From Amphiscolops sp. MND2022 (taxonomy: Eukaryota): DNA of 64,000 bases. The DNA is taken from the NCBI GenBank assembly GCA_964187785.1, contig OZ076409.1, forward strand, positions 50,656,001 to 50,720,000, written 5' to 3'. The notes below the pieces were generated by a model. That model worked only from the letters and a program-made list of their open reading frames with translations. It was not told where the DNA came from and made no database searches. Below, in pieces: positions 33,250 through 46,554 of this stretch (its first letter is position 1; each line of letters begins with the position of its first letter). A program made the position numbers and the translations under genes.

Positions 33250-35920
33250 AAGTCCATTTGGCTTCAGCCTTTCCGAAGAATGGTCATCAATCACAATTCA
33301 ATTTCTTCTTGCACGTGATCAGTGTTCATGCAACTAGTCTCCTTCTACGCCCTGAGGCGCTTCATTTGAATAGTCAATCAACGGTTTTTCTTAAACCAGA
33401 TCCAATGATTGTCATACTTGTGACGTACAATCATCTGGGCGACAACAGCTTTTTATATTTTTTTCTTTCCACTCGCCCACACATTGAGACCTCCTGTCCA
33501 ACAGACGTCCGTATGGCTTTCTTCCTTCAGCAATTACTCTTTAGAGCTTTTCCACAACCAACTAATACCATATAAAACTTTGAAGCACTATTGGCACCCA
33601 GTTTTTATCGTCAGAGGTTTTTGAATTGCGTTCTTCCGTCTTGGAAGTAACGTCAGGATGGTTCTTTAAGGTGCCAATTTCGAACTTGATCAGGGCTTCC
33701 CATTGACTAATGTACTTCCTCCATCGTGAAATATTTTACCTACGTGTGAACATGGTGTTAGAACTTGCTGTCGAATGTCTCTAAATTGCGGTAAGATGGA
33801 TTCTTTTAAGAAGTGAGCCGCGTGTTTCCATTTCTTTCCCTTCAGAAAAAAGAATCAACGGCCAACCAACTTCTGAGATTAGAAAGAAAGTGATAATTGA
33901 TCTCTGGTAGCAATAGTTTCTGTAAGCATTTCTGACAATAAGCTGATTTTTGTTATATAGACGTTACGTCCATTGAGCCTCAGCACTTGCTTGGTCCTTC
34001 TTTGGGGCACTGAAAGTGGTGGATCCGCACAGAGTGGTGTTTTTACGGACTTGTTTTACTTGAAAGAAACATACTCTTCGTTGATGTCAATTCGACTCAG
34101 GGTCACGACTGACCAAATTTAATTGCATCTGTTTGATTGGAGTTACTGAATTCTGAATTTTCTCAATTTTAAGAAAGATGAAGTTGTTTTTGTGTGATGC
34201 AGATATCGATAGTTCCAGATGAGCTGCTGATTCTACGGGCACGATAGTATCTCTCCCAATGTATAGTGAAAATTTTTACGCGGGGTTTAGTAGCTCTTGA
34301 GGTAGTTTATTCAATAATTTCAGAATCAGTATTTTGCTCAAGTCGAGTGAACGTTTCTGTGTCGACGTCGAACATTTCTTGATGCTGTTGCTCAGTAGCG
34401 GTGTCAGTTATTTTTCTTAGTCGAGTGGACCTAAGATCCACGTCGGTAATTTCTTGATGCTGCTCCTGAGTAGCAGTGTCAGTATTTTGCTCTAGCCGAG
34501 TGGACCAATGGTCCACGTCGGTCGTATCTTGATCATGCTGGTCAGTAGCAGTGTCAATCTTTTGATCTAGTTGAGTGGACCTAAGTGGTCCAATATCAGC
34601 AGTAAAGTTCTCAGAAACATCTGCATACTCAGAGAATGTGTCGGAATTGGCTCATTTTGGTTGCGTTTGGAAATTCAATAACAATTTCGTGTGTTTGTAA
34701 CATAAGGTCGCTACTGCTTAATAAGTCAATAATATGAGTAATTTGCACAATTAGACTACTTTCCAACTAATCTCAGGATCATTGATGTACGGCGTAACGC
34801 AATGTCCCCGAAGGGCTAAAGAATGAGTTTAGCACAAGTGTGAATTGTTGGATTGTTTTGTTGTAGTCCGAAGGTTTACTTTACCCATGGTATACTTTTA
34901 GCTTTTGTTGAAGTGACAAAAAAGTCCGATTCAATCCAAATTCATCAAAGTTAGGAGCAAGAACAATTTGTTTTGTCATGTTGATGTATGCGTCCATTCC
35001 ACCACTGACAGCAAACAAAATAGTATTAAGATTGTTCGATTTCGGTTGCTTGACGTTTCAGTCCATTTTTAGAGACGGATCATTCATGATGAAGTGTTGG
35101 TTAGTGAAATGAATCGATTTTTTTAATAGGGAATTCACTGCTAAGTATGAGTCCGCACTTTTTCACGCTGGGGACTTGCGGGATTGAGTGGGCCGTTCAG
35201 GAACTCAGGAACCATGTGAGGGGTAAGTTTGGCTCCTGTAACCATGTCGTAACTCAAGTCAGTAATTTGGGAGTCTATTGAACTCTCTCTGCCATAGTGA
35301 TTGCTGTTACAAACTTTAGAATCCCATTTTGAAATGATTTTTTTTGCATTTTGCGGCTAATTTCATCTTCGGGGTTCCGTTGCAATCCGTCTGACCGAAG
35401 GTCCATTTTTGGATTTAACTCAACTTCGTGAATCCAGTGCAGTCCCGCGGACCGAAGGTCCACTTTTGCGCTAAATTCCCCTTTGAGCGCTCCCAGGCTA
35501 ACGTGAGTCAGCTGACTGATTTTCTCTTCAGATGAAGGGTTTGGTTCTCTCACAATTGGAGTATATCATGTTTTGTAGCGTTCTTGTACATTTTTGTACT
35601 TCTAGATTTAATGTTTGAACTAATTTTGTCCGTTTTAAAAAATCTGTTTTGTGTCGCCAATTGGACAATAGGTCCGTTTCTGGATCTTTCGCTTCTTCCT
35701 CTACAATTCGATTTGGATAACGATCGAAATTCATATCCACTTGGGTTTACGTCTTCGTGTAGTCCATTGGTCGTTATGTCCACATCTAGTTCTCTTGATT
35801 CTAAGTTATAAAAATGACCACTTGGTTTCCGAGTATTTCATCTAAGTCGGACAACAAGTTTGATCATCAAGAACGCTTCTGTTTGCTTTCTGAATTATAG
35901 TTTACGACTCTTACACGAAA
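33250..35920 (-). pseudogene. Decayed relative of the 16.4-kb Gypsy element
   Basis: 35185..35250 (minus) encodes D|MVTGAKLTPHMVPEFLNG versus Gag D|MVTGDNESPPQVPEFLTG. ~35820..35890 resembles the Gag N-terminus (RKQ..LLSDLD..ILGN). Left boundary uncertain. Confidence 0.6.
34325..34590. repeat. Tandem repeat, ~75-bp unit, about 3.5 copies
   Basis: Recurring TCAGTATTTTGCTCTAGCCGAGTGGACC. Minus translation repeats STRLEQNTDTATQEQHQE. Confidence 0.75.
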
Positions 35921-36004
35921 TCAGTATTTTTTTAAGAGTATATTGTTCAGAACAATAGGTGCAACAACTCGTCAGAACTTCGGCAAAAATGGTTGAAATC
36001 AAAT

Positions 36005-36510
36005 AAATGTAGCAACCTCATTAAGATTATGGTGCATTGAACAATGAGGATCGTTTTTAACATTTGTTTATACTACATTTTCCATGACACTCAATTTCTT
36101 GATAGTCATCGTTTCATAAAAGCATTAATATGTCGTCATTATTACGTCATGTCTGAATAGGTTTAAAAATAGCATCAGTATGAACTTCAAAAGGAAAGGT
36201 CTGGAAACTACAGAAGGTGGGAAAGCAGTGCCTTGTTACTTTAGACTGACAGTACTGTTTTTTACCTTTTATCTAGTGAATGTGACATCAAACAGCGAAA
36301 TAAAACAGCATAGGTGACCGACGGTCCGTTTGATTACAGCAGTAGTACTAGCAGCGCTGTGATTGTTCAATAGTTTGGTTTGACCACGCGTTAACCAGAC
36401 TTCAGCGCTGTACTGGTTGAACGCGTTTCCTTTATCTCGCTAGTACTGTACTTGTTTAATTGCAGTTCATTGTTGTTTAAACTGCATAAAATAGCACAAG
36501 TAGTTCAGTT
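36005..36510 (+). repeat. ~500-bp dispersed repeat, copy 2
   Basis: Direct, diverged copy of 31265..31770. Confidence 0.8.
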
Positions 36511-37720
36511 CCATAAAAGACCAGATAGTGACCTTATTTAGGTTCAAAATATTCAAGTAGTTGTTTTACTTATAGTACCAGCGCCAAAATTTTTCAATGT
36601 GTCTATAGTGTCACCACTTCATTTTTTGACATTTTGCAACAGAAAGGATGTTCAAATGTTTCCAAAGGTCCCCTTCGATATTTTTCGACACAATGAGGCT
36701 TAAAAATTCTCATTTTTCGTCTGATACTAGGTTTTCTCAATAGATATGCACCTATAATTCTTGTTCAATACTATCAAATTTTTGGCGTAAAGCGCTATAT
36801 CCGAGTTTTTGACGTTCTACTTCTATCCGAACTGTATTGCGTTTTACTAGGGAGGAAGTTCGTGATCAAGCGCTCCCATTTGTTCCAGCACGCTATATCG
36901 AACCTTTGACGTTATATCCGAAGTAATTTGCGTTCTACTGAGAAGGAGGCGTATGATCAAAGAAAGCTCTTGCGTTTATCTCAGCACGCTATATCTGAAC
37001 TTCTAAAGCGTTTTCCGAGCACGAAATGCAAACTGTTTTCTGAATGTTTCATTAAAAACGTTTCTTTAAAAACGTCTTAGTTGTGTGCTGTTTTCGGTCT
37101 CAAGAAAGTATTGGAAAAACCTAGCATAATTCTTCCGAATCGAGGTACTAAAACTTGAAACATTTTGACCCTATTCGATACCACGCTGTCAACAACTAAA
37201 GCAAATTATGAAATAAATCACCTTTTTGTATTAATTTCCAAACTCTGAAATCATTTTAATATTGAGTTTGAGTCTGAAAACCAATTAAGAGATACAATTA
37301 TGTTCGGACAATGTTATCTACCCCCCCAGGTACACCTTGTTGAGAATTTCCAACAAACCCCCCCCTCTTAACACGAAAGCACATTTTGTTCTTGCATAAA
37401 ATTATTTCACTAATGACAGAGTTTTATATGAATGTAAATACTTAGAGGATTGTCTCTACAACTGTTTCGACCCTTGAGGCAAAAAATACCATGATGTTTT
37501 GATAATATTGTCCAAAATAGCAAAAATTCGCGTTTTGAACAAGATAAATTGTATAAAAAGGCCCCTATTTCAACGCAAATCGTCTCCGTGATAAAATCTA
37601 ATGAGCAACTTTTAACTGACAGTCAATGTAATGGATAGGATTATGTCGACATCAATTGGTTTATTGGACCAAAATTTTAACGCAAACGACGTTGAGATAA
37701 TGGTATTTGAACTTTGGGTG

Positions 37721-38485
37721 CCCGGGTCGACCCTCCATGGATATCTCATTAAGATCTTGGCAAGATCTTGCCAAGATCTTGGAAAAATCTTAGCTAAGAT
37801 CGTGACAAGATATTGCCAAGAATTGCAAGATGCCATGGTAAGATCTTATCAAGAGAGCCATGTTTCCAAGAAAAATCTTACTAAGAAGCCCAATATGGCA
37901 AGAAAAATCTAACTAAGAAGCCGAATATGGCAGGAAAGAAATTGCTACGAACTGCTCGATATCGAGAAAAAGTAGAATCAGAAAACCATTAAATAAGGAG
38001 TTATGGAAAAATAATCTACAAGTTAAAATAAAAAGAAAATAAATTACAAGTTTCGGAAAGCCCTTGAAATGACCTTTCATTTGGTACATTCGCATTTCTC
38101 AGTCCTAAACAGGTGAGCAGTTATTAGGATTCTCGTCAAAATTTTGGAAGCCAGAATACGTTATCGTAATTTTTCACGCATTTTTGCATGCAAAATTTTT
38201 TCAGCATGTTGGAGCATTTTGATTATGAAAACGAGTAGAAATAGTCGCTGTTGGGTGAAATGAACCTTTAGATTGAGTCTCGGGTGCTTGTACCGAAGGT
38301 ATAGTAATTTTTTTATAATCTTAAAGTTTTGTCCATCGTGATAAGATACGATCTTGGAATAAGTATTATCTTAGTAAGATCTTAATAAGAATCTTGCCAT
38401 GTGATCCATGGTTGCCAAGATGTAGTAAGAATTTGGCAAGATCTTGCCAAGACAGCCAAGATGCTAGTAAGAGGGTCAACCCGGG
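37721..38485. mobile_element. MITE with CCC...GGG termini and 2-bp TSD (TG)
   Basis: TIRs CCCGGGTCGACCCTC / GAGGGTCAACCCGGG. Subterminal CAAGATCTTG arrays at both ends. Confidence 0.75.
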
Positions 38486-40702
38486 TGGTCATTTGAACAC
38501 ATGTTCCGTGTGGCCTTATCATACCTCTAGCCTGAGCGCCAGTATTGTCAACAGCCTTTGTTATAGCCTACAAAACATTCTTCACTCATACTGCAGTCAA
38601 GGGTGTTAAAAGAACAATTGTCGGGAAAATAATTGGTAATAAATAAACTGCAATTATTTGTTTTTGAGCAAAAGCAATACAAATTATTTATTTTTGAAGG
38701 CGATTAATTATTGCTGCAAAATTATTTTTTGTGTAGCCTAGGTGTATACGTAGAAATGCTAGTTTGAATCTCACTATACCCAGGAATGGAACTGGTCAAG
38801 GCACTAACACGTGCGTGTTCGTCTCTTTCAGGGCACTGGCCAATGAGAATAGTCCACTCAACAAGGATTGAATTTTTTTACAATGACGAGCTGATGATGA
38901 AACTCACAACTTTAAAAAAAGTCGGCAAAACTCCGAAAAAAGATACCCTTGCGCCCGGTTTTCAAAATGACACCAGATGTTTTTGGTTTGACAATAATTG
39001 AATCATTGGTTGAATAATTTATTGTTTCTCCTGAGCAGTAGGAATCATTTATTTTTGCCGGCAATAATATTGCAATAAAATATTTAACACCCTCGGTTGC
39101 AAATCCACACATAATAAAACAAACGTCCGATTTTCAGATTTTTAAAATTAATTAATTGCCTAGTCTGCCTTCAAACGTTCCGGGTATTTTTAATCCGTTC
39201 CGAGGAAAAATTTAATGTTTTGCAAGGATCAGTTTTCATTTACAATTGGCTTGGAGCATAATATCTAACGTGAAATTTTCCGTGATTTTTCAGTTGTCAT
39301 GTCCGTGTAATATTACCGCCCCTGGAGCATATGCAATATTGCTTAAGAGCAAATATACAAAACCTTTCATTCCCTACTGGTTAAAGCAAAACCATGCAAT
39401 GATTTACGATGGAAAATTTAATTAGTAAAAAAATTTATTCGAAGCAAAACTCCTGCTTGAAAAAATAATTAGCTGTAAAAAATTCAGTTCGAAACTCAAT
39501 CATTTAATTTAGTTTCTTTCGTAAAGCTAATGAATTACTTGACATTTATAGAAAGCTGTGGTAAAATTCAATCGTCATCAATTATTCATTTATTTGCAGA
39601 GATGAAGACGAATAGAATATTATAACCGCTCTTAGCTTTTACGCAGAAGAAAGGATTTCTCCAAAGATGGTTTTGCGAAAATGTGAGGGAAAAATTTTAT
39701 CATAGAGATTAAATGTAGTTTGATGTGATGTTTTGAATGAAACAACCAACTTTGAAATTCAAGTTATTTTGTTATTTCAATTGAAGTCGAACATATGTAA
39801 CTGGAAAACATATTTGCCAATCCACAAATGCCACTAAAATATTAACGGTCAAGTTTGATATTTTCTAATATTTGTCCGTTTGTAGTGAGCATCAATGTAC
39901 ACGCCGGAAAAGCTGAAGAGCTAAACGCCATTATCGGTCAAAAACTATGGAAGAGATTGGTAAATAATATGTTAACTGGAACCAGTTTATTAGTGCTTAA
40001 TTATACTTTCAAAATTTCACTTGCCAAATTATACTTTCAGGCTAATTTCTTTAGCTAATGATTTCACTAAAAATTTGTGCCGCTTGAGCGAACCAAGGGC
40101 TATAATACTGAATTTCAGCCACATTACTTTCCCCGAGGCTCATATTTTTTTTCTAATTTTTAAGCACTGGGGCGTTTTACATTTGTGGCGTTCTCTTTTT
40201 AGGTCACCTATTAAGAAAGTGGAATGAATTAGAATTACTTATTATCCGAATAACCGCAATTCAATTTTGAGTAACCTTTTTTTTCAGAACGTGACTGAAT
40301 TCGTCCCAATATAGGTGCTTTGTCAAATATCTCCCCGATAATTTGGTCTTTGAATTACGCCGATAGATCAACTCTCTAAGCTTCCGTATACATTGAGATT
40401 TCCACGTTGTTCTCAATAATCCTTCCACTGACCATAGGTAAACTGAGAGCATTGAGATTTATGGTGTTGGTTGCTTATCTTTTTACATGAAACATCCAGA
40501 CGACTTCAAATTATTGTCTGATTCTTCAGTGGAGTGCTTTTTGATGTTTTCACCTTGCTGTCCACCTTGTTTCTTATCGAAAAAAATTTCCGAGAAAATT
40601 TTCGCTTTTCCCTAATTGAAAACAACGAAATCCCAAATAAAGGAAAAATAAAAGTCACACAGTGCCGAAAAAAAACACTAAGGGTGACCCTCTGACTCAA
40701 AG

Positions 40703-40855
40703 TAGCTTTGCTAAAATCCGTTTTGGTGTTGTGCGAGAATTGACCATGGCTCCTTATGCTTGCAAAACAAACGCCGTATACGGCGAGTGCTTTGCAAGCA
40801 TAAGGAACCATGTTCAATTCTCGCACAACACTATAACGGATTTGAGCACTAGCTA
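40703..40855. repeat. ~150-bp loopless palindrome
   Basis: Centred on CGCCGTATACGGCG, with arms GTGTTGTGCGAGAATTGA..CCTTATGCTTGCAAA / TTTGCAAGCATAAGG..TCAATTCTCGCACAACAC. Confidence 0.85.
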
Positions 40856-41078
40856 TAGCCACTAGGTCGTGGAAAGACATCATAATGAAGAAATTTATGG
40901 ATTGTGTTATATCGAGTAGTCTTATAAAAAAGCCTCTACTATACTTTTCTATCGAAAGCGCTGACAAAAGAACCCGCAACAAAACTTGTTATCAAGTCCT
41001 TTTAGCTGGTTGCTTTTCCCAAAAAAACAATCTTAATCCAATCTCTGTCTCCGATGACTGTAAAATTTTCAACAGTCG

Positions 41079-41757
41079 CCCGGGCTGGCGACCATTCGCA
41101 GTCTACCGGTGGACACCGGTAGACTGTGATAAATACACCACTGGCCACCAATGGCTTCATCGGTAATAAATCAGTATCAATCCCAGATAGGCATCCTTCC
41201 AGTGTGATTTTGGAACTTATTCCATCAAAATATAGTGATTTTAGATCTTATTCTACCAGAAAAATGACTGTAGGCCTTTTTCCACCAAAATACATTGATT
41301 TTGCAGCTTACTATATCAGAAAAACAATTTTGGGCCCTATTCCACCAAACAAGCGATTTTAGGCCTTATTCCAGGAAAATACACTGTTTTTAGATCTTAT
41401 TCCATGAAAATACAGTATTTTTAGATATTCTATCAATAAAACGATTTTGGGCCATATTTCACCAAAGTACAGTGATTAGGTCTGCGATCTTCCAAATCTG
41501 GAACTGGAGGGTAGAATAATTTAAATCGTATTCTGTAGATCTTACTCTCCCTCCCATCTAGACCATTTTCATCTGAAATTCATGACAATCTAACCCATGC
41601 TCGAGTGCGTGATTAGAATATTCAAATATCGTCTGAGAATTTTTGAAAAATTTTCCACCGGTGGTCACCGGTGGAAACGAAATTAGTAGCCCTGAAGTTT
41701 ATCCACTAGTCGTCACCGGTGGTCCACTGTAGGGCACCGGTGGGGTGCCAGTATGGG
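41079..41757. mobile_element. MITE with CCC...GGG termini and 2-bp TSD (CG), internal ~31-bp tandem repeats
   Basis: CCCGGGCTGGC...GCCAGTATGGG. Subterminal CACCGGTGG motifs at both ends. Tandem GATTTTAGATCTTATTCCA..AAAAT at 41200..41480. Confidence 0.6.
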
Positions 41758-41970
41758 CGACCTCTCATTTCTGAACGCTGTAGTTAGAGATTAAGATGGC
41801 CTTTCTAGAGCCTAATAATATAAATGAAAACAAGATGGGAACTGTCTAGGTCAATGCGTACGTATTCATATTTTAAAAGGGATATTTCTTATGGAATATT
41901 TCTGCTCTATGTAACTAGTTTGTCAAAGAATAGAATTCCGTTCTAAAAACAACCTGTACCGAGGATAAAA

Positions 41971-42175
41971 AATGTTTTAGTCATAATGGTGGTGTGGAAA
42001 CGGAAGCTGCACTCCTCGACTGATGTGTACTTCCTGAACTTCGCAGTGGCCGACCAGATGATATGTCTCTCGGTCATGCTCAAAGTATTGCCCTTCTTCT
42101 CATCGGCAGCTATCGTGGTCAAGGTCACTTCAGGCGACGCGTGGGCAGTCTGGGTGGACGGGTTCATGCAGTCAA
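41971..42175 (+). CDS. Probable host exon: class A (rhodopsin-like) GPCR, TM1-ICL1-TM2
   Basis: NVLVIMVVWKRKLHSSTDVYFLNFAVADQMICL fits the N..VI..V....L....YxxNLAxAD pattern. GC-richer than flanks. Donor GTTAGT at 42176; acceptor uncertain. Confidence 0.7.
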
Positions 42176-42381
42176 GTTAGTAACCCAGTTGAGCCACAGT
42201 TTCGCAGGTCATTCGCATAAGTCAGTATGATAGTATCTGGAGAAAACGTCACTTTTAAACTTTGGTTGGTGTCATTACTCTTTGTTGATTGAGAGAGGTT
42301 TGAATTATCGAATTATTATTGCTATTATAAAAGCTTAGTGGATACGCGAGGCGCTTACGTATTTGAAGTAGGAGTTTACAA

Positions 42382-43231
42382 CCCGGGTTTCCCTCCCATA
42401 CAAAAACAGGTCAATCATACTCTGCCATCATACTCACAGTATGAATACAGGCTGATCATACGCTGGACCATGAAGGTTTATGGTTCCAGGCTGACCATAC
42501 TCTGGACATATATGGTCCAGTCTATGATACGCCATGTTCCATTAAAAAAGCAAAGTTTATGGTTCCAGCCTGACCATATTCTGGGCCATATATGGTTCAG
42601 TCTATGATCAGCCTGGAACCATAAAACTTTATGGCCCAGAGTATGGTGAGCCTGGAGCCATAAAAAGAAAATTAGGATAATGTAGTCAATTAACGCATAT
42701 ACTGATGAAATTACAAGATGTTTCTCGACCGAAAGTCCAGTACAATCACCAAATTGAAAACAAGATAGCAATCATCAATTTTTGGCAGTTTTTGCTGAAT
42801 TATTGGTAATATTTCTCGAAATAATCAAAAATCACACTGCAAAGTGAGTACTGCTATAACAAAAGAGTTAGTTATTAACTAAGGAGTGGCTGAGAACAAA
42901 GTGAGTGACTATAGTTTGTCTTTGACTCTGCTTAGAGCTTAACGGAGTTCTGACCTGCAATGTATCATTCGCAGAAACAAAAGGTCGAAGGTGGCTCCAT
43001 TGCCCTCAGCCTATAAAGCTGGCTGTTCTCAATATTTGAAAATTTTTGTTTTGGGTTGCATGTCACGTCAACCCGCGTTTGGAACAAAAACTTATGATTC
43101 CAGGCTGATCATACTCTGGACCATATATGATTCCAGGCCGATCATGGCGAGATCATAGTAAGGAAATTTGTATGATTTGTATGGTGCCATAATATGGTCA
43201 GATTATGATCGTCCTGGTCGGGAAACCCGGG
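42382..43231. mobile_element. MITE with CCC...GGG termini and 2-bp TSD (AA)
   Basis: TIRs CCCGGGTTTCCC / GGGAAACCCGGG. Internal CAGGCTGATCATACTCTGGACCAT repeats in both orientations. Confidence 0.8.
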
Positions 43232-43990
43232 AACGACAAGCTTCTTGAATGCAGACAAAACCCAAGTGCATGGATTGTTATCAACCCAGTAATTATTACC
43301 AAAGTTCAACATCAGTTTTAAGGCTTGAAACAGTCTATATGTTGCTAGGTAACATTGATTCTGAAATCAGCTCGGTATTTAAACGTTAGGACGTTGTTTT
43401 TCAGATCTCCTGGTTGGCAAAACCCGCATTTGTCGACCGTCCGGGCTCGATCTCTTAATAATTTTTCGAGTGACCTGCGAAATGATCCGTGATGATATTG
43501 CTTTACAGAATAAAAATTGAAGAATTTTGAAATTCAATTTTTAACTTAGAATGTGGGGAAAAACGACTGTGAAATATATAAAACTCTTCTTTTATTGAAA
43601 CAAGTGTGCTTTAGCAAGTATTATTAGGGACCCCAAATTATCAGTTCCTGTTGGGGAAAACGCTGCAGGATTAACAATGCATAGTCAACTGATTCGATCG
43701 AAACTGAAAATAATTCTACTTTTTAACTGTCTTGATTACTTTGTTTTCACACTTTAGTTTCTCAAACACTCAAACGACAACTAATGTTATTACTGTTAGT
43801 CAAATTGCACGGTGAAGATTACGCTACTTTGCAACCTGTGAAGTGGCCGAAGTTGATTAACATCAAAATGACGACAAATTTGATGAATGTATCAGCGACA
43901 TTTTAGAACAAATCTTCTGCATATTGAAGTTTGCGCAACTTCTTGGGACCGAACTGTCTCCATTTTTTACTAATACAGCTTCCAGATTGC

Positions 43991-44758
43991 AGGTTTTCGA
44001 CCTTTGCAAATCTGTGCAAGTCTGCAGGGTTGCACTGAATCTTAAAGAACCATACAGATCTGCAGAATCTTTGCAGAAGTGTGCAGATTTTCTCTAAAAA
44101 TTTTTACAGAAAAATGTATTTCTGCAGCTTCTTACTCAAGAACCAATGTATTGCGTTTTTGGACTTCTTCAATTACTTTAATCAAGTATTTTAGCTGACC
44201 AAGCTATATGAAAGTATTTGAAACTCTCCATCACTCAAAATTCGCGAGAAGGAAAACCCAAGTTGAGCTTTCCTTGAGAATCTGTACAGATCTCTGAGCC
44301 TTTTCCCCTTGAGGATCAGTAAAGTTCGTGCCACTGCTACGTAAGGACAACTGCAGATCTGCAAGGATCTTTACAGATGTTCAAAGGTTTTCTGTACAAA
44401 ATTTGGACCTACTGGGTACACAATGTTATGTATTTTTGCTTCTTCAACTATTTTAACAATTATTTTACCTGACCAAGGCTCAGTCAGTTGAAACTCTCCA
44501 TTCAAAATTCTCGTACAAGAAAGCTTGTCCCATAACGGTAAATTTGCTGTCTGGGGAATGATTGCTGCAGAAAAATGTTTCATCATTTTGACATAAATGA
44601 CTCTTCTCTCCGGTTTTAATCATTTTATTGTTCATTTGATATCGCTGTGTTGTTTTTATTGTGTTTCTGAGTAGGCCATTTTTTTCGAAGCTGAACATGT
44701 CTGCAACGTTCTGCAAAAATCCTGCAGATCTGCACAGATTCGCAAAGATCGAAAACCT
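43991..44758. mobile_element. MITE-like element with ~38-bp imperfect TIRs
   Basis: AGGTTTTCGACCTTTGCAAATCTGTGCAAGTCTGCAGG / CCTGCAGATCTGCACAGATTCGCAAAGATCGAAAACCT. No TSD identified. Confidence 0.65.
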
Positions 44759-44759
44759 T

Positions 44760-45017
44760 TAAAAAATCCCCCCTTTCAGTTTTTTCGGCATTGTGAGTCT
44801 TTTTTTCAATGACTTCAAAGGGTCCACCTTCAATTTTGTTGATGTTTTGCGACAGAAATGTTGAAAAATTCCAAAGGGTCCCCCATTTTAGCGCGCCAAT
44901 TCGGTCCAACTTTTGGGTTTTTCGGGTACTGTAAAAGAGAAAACTTGACACTTTAAAGTCCTTTTGCTATTTTTGAGCCTTAGATATGGCGCCGACATAT
45001 GCCGTTCCCGGCTTGTT
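44760..45017 (+). mobile_element. Helentron/DINE-1-like element, 3' part
   Basis: TTTGAGCCTTAGATATGGCGCCGAC - hairpin GCCG-TTCC-CGGC - TTGTT. Confidence 0.55.
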
Positions 45018-46554
45018 TCATAAATCATTTGATACTACGCATTAAATATTCGGACCGGGATAGATTTCCAAAAGCATTTGCATGTTTACATATTGAACAT
45101 TCCTTTCCTTTGAAATAATTGTAACACTTTCGAAGTAACTGAATATTTACCTTGAGCATTTATTTAGCAGTTTCTGAGCTTCCAAACTAAAATGCTCATT
45201 AACATGTTCCCTTCGTGTTTCTTTGAATTAACAAACATCCCAGTGGCGCTACAAATGTTTTCTAAATTCAACATCTTGAATTTTGTTTTCCAATATTATA
45301 TGTGCAATTCTCAGGTATGACGTAACAATCATAAAGCAATCACATTGGAGATTTCTTATATTGCATGCTTTCTGCACTTTCATACCTCTTGTCTTTTATG
45401 GGATTGAAAAACATTGTCGCAATTATATTCAACGCTTGGATTGTTGTGCTTGCTTCTCGGCTATTTTTGATTATTTAGATGATACTAAAACCATAGCATC
45501 TGACCAATTTTAGAGGTTTTATATTAATTTTGCATGACAGAAACTATTCTCAGTGGAATTTTGAAAGGTTAGGAATCTTGTAGGTAAATTATTGACATTC
45601 AAGCAACAAAAGTGAAACATTTTTTGACCTTGATGAAACTAACCAACTTTTATGAAAAGGGAAAACACAGTTGCAACACGTATATGATCAAAATTTCGAG
45701 AAGAGAATCCGATAACTCTGTTGTCAGAAATCTTGACGCCAAAATTTTGTCGTGTTTTCTAAAATTAACAGCTTCCAATCAATAGATACAACTCTATCTT
45801 AATAACAACAAGCTTCAATTTGACACCTCCATCAAGTCCAGAATCAAATGTGTCAATTTTTTGTCCTGTGTTGCAAGTTGGTATTTAATTGTGTACGTTC
45901 GAGCATTAAGAATACGTCGTTGCTAACATAGTTCTGGCGGAAATACCCGCTACTCAGCCAGAGACTTGTTGAGAGATTTTTCTGCTAGGACCATGATTGT
46001 GAAAAATGGGGGGTTAGCGTTTTCATGATTTTCTTTGTGTCCTGGGAGAAAAATTTTCTGACAACTTGACAGACTCACAACTGAATTAAAAGTTTCCCTG
46101 TCAGAGGGTACCGTTATATCTAGACTAATAACAAAAAATGTCTTTCAGAATGATTTTTACGCAAGCAATCCTCCAGTTATCCGACAAACTTTAACAACTA
46201 CGTATTAACGTGATAACTACATGTGATAACTGCCATATATAACGTGTGATAATGCTTCTTAGGAAGGCGACTGGTTTCAAACAGAACTCCAAAAAGAAAA
46301 GTGAAAATGATTGATTAGCATTCAAATGAAATTTCGCATTTGAAAATTGAGTAATGAGCGGAACCTTCAAACACAAGTAGTCTCCGTGACAACCTTAATT
46401 ATTCCATTTTCTCACTTTTAAAAAAAAAACCCAATATACACTATGGTACCAAAAAGCTAAGTACAGCTGAATTTTTTGAATTTTTTTCAAGTCAAAAAAA
46501 AATGAAAACATTTGTGAACAATTTCAATCAGTTACCGGAAGTTGTGCTTCGAAA

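Noticed and set aside
38598..39095. Second hAT MITE (CAAGGGTGTTAAA / TTTAACACCCTCG)
   Set aside because: TIR-like ends but no matching 8-bp TSD; too weak to call.
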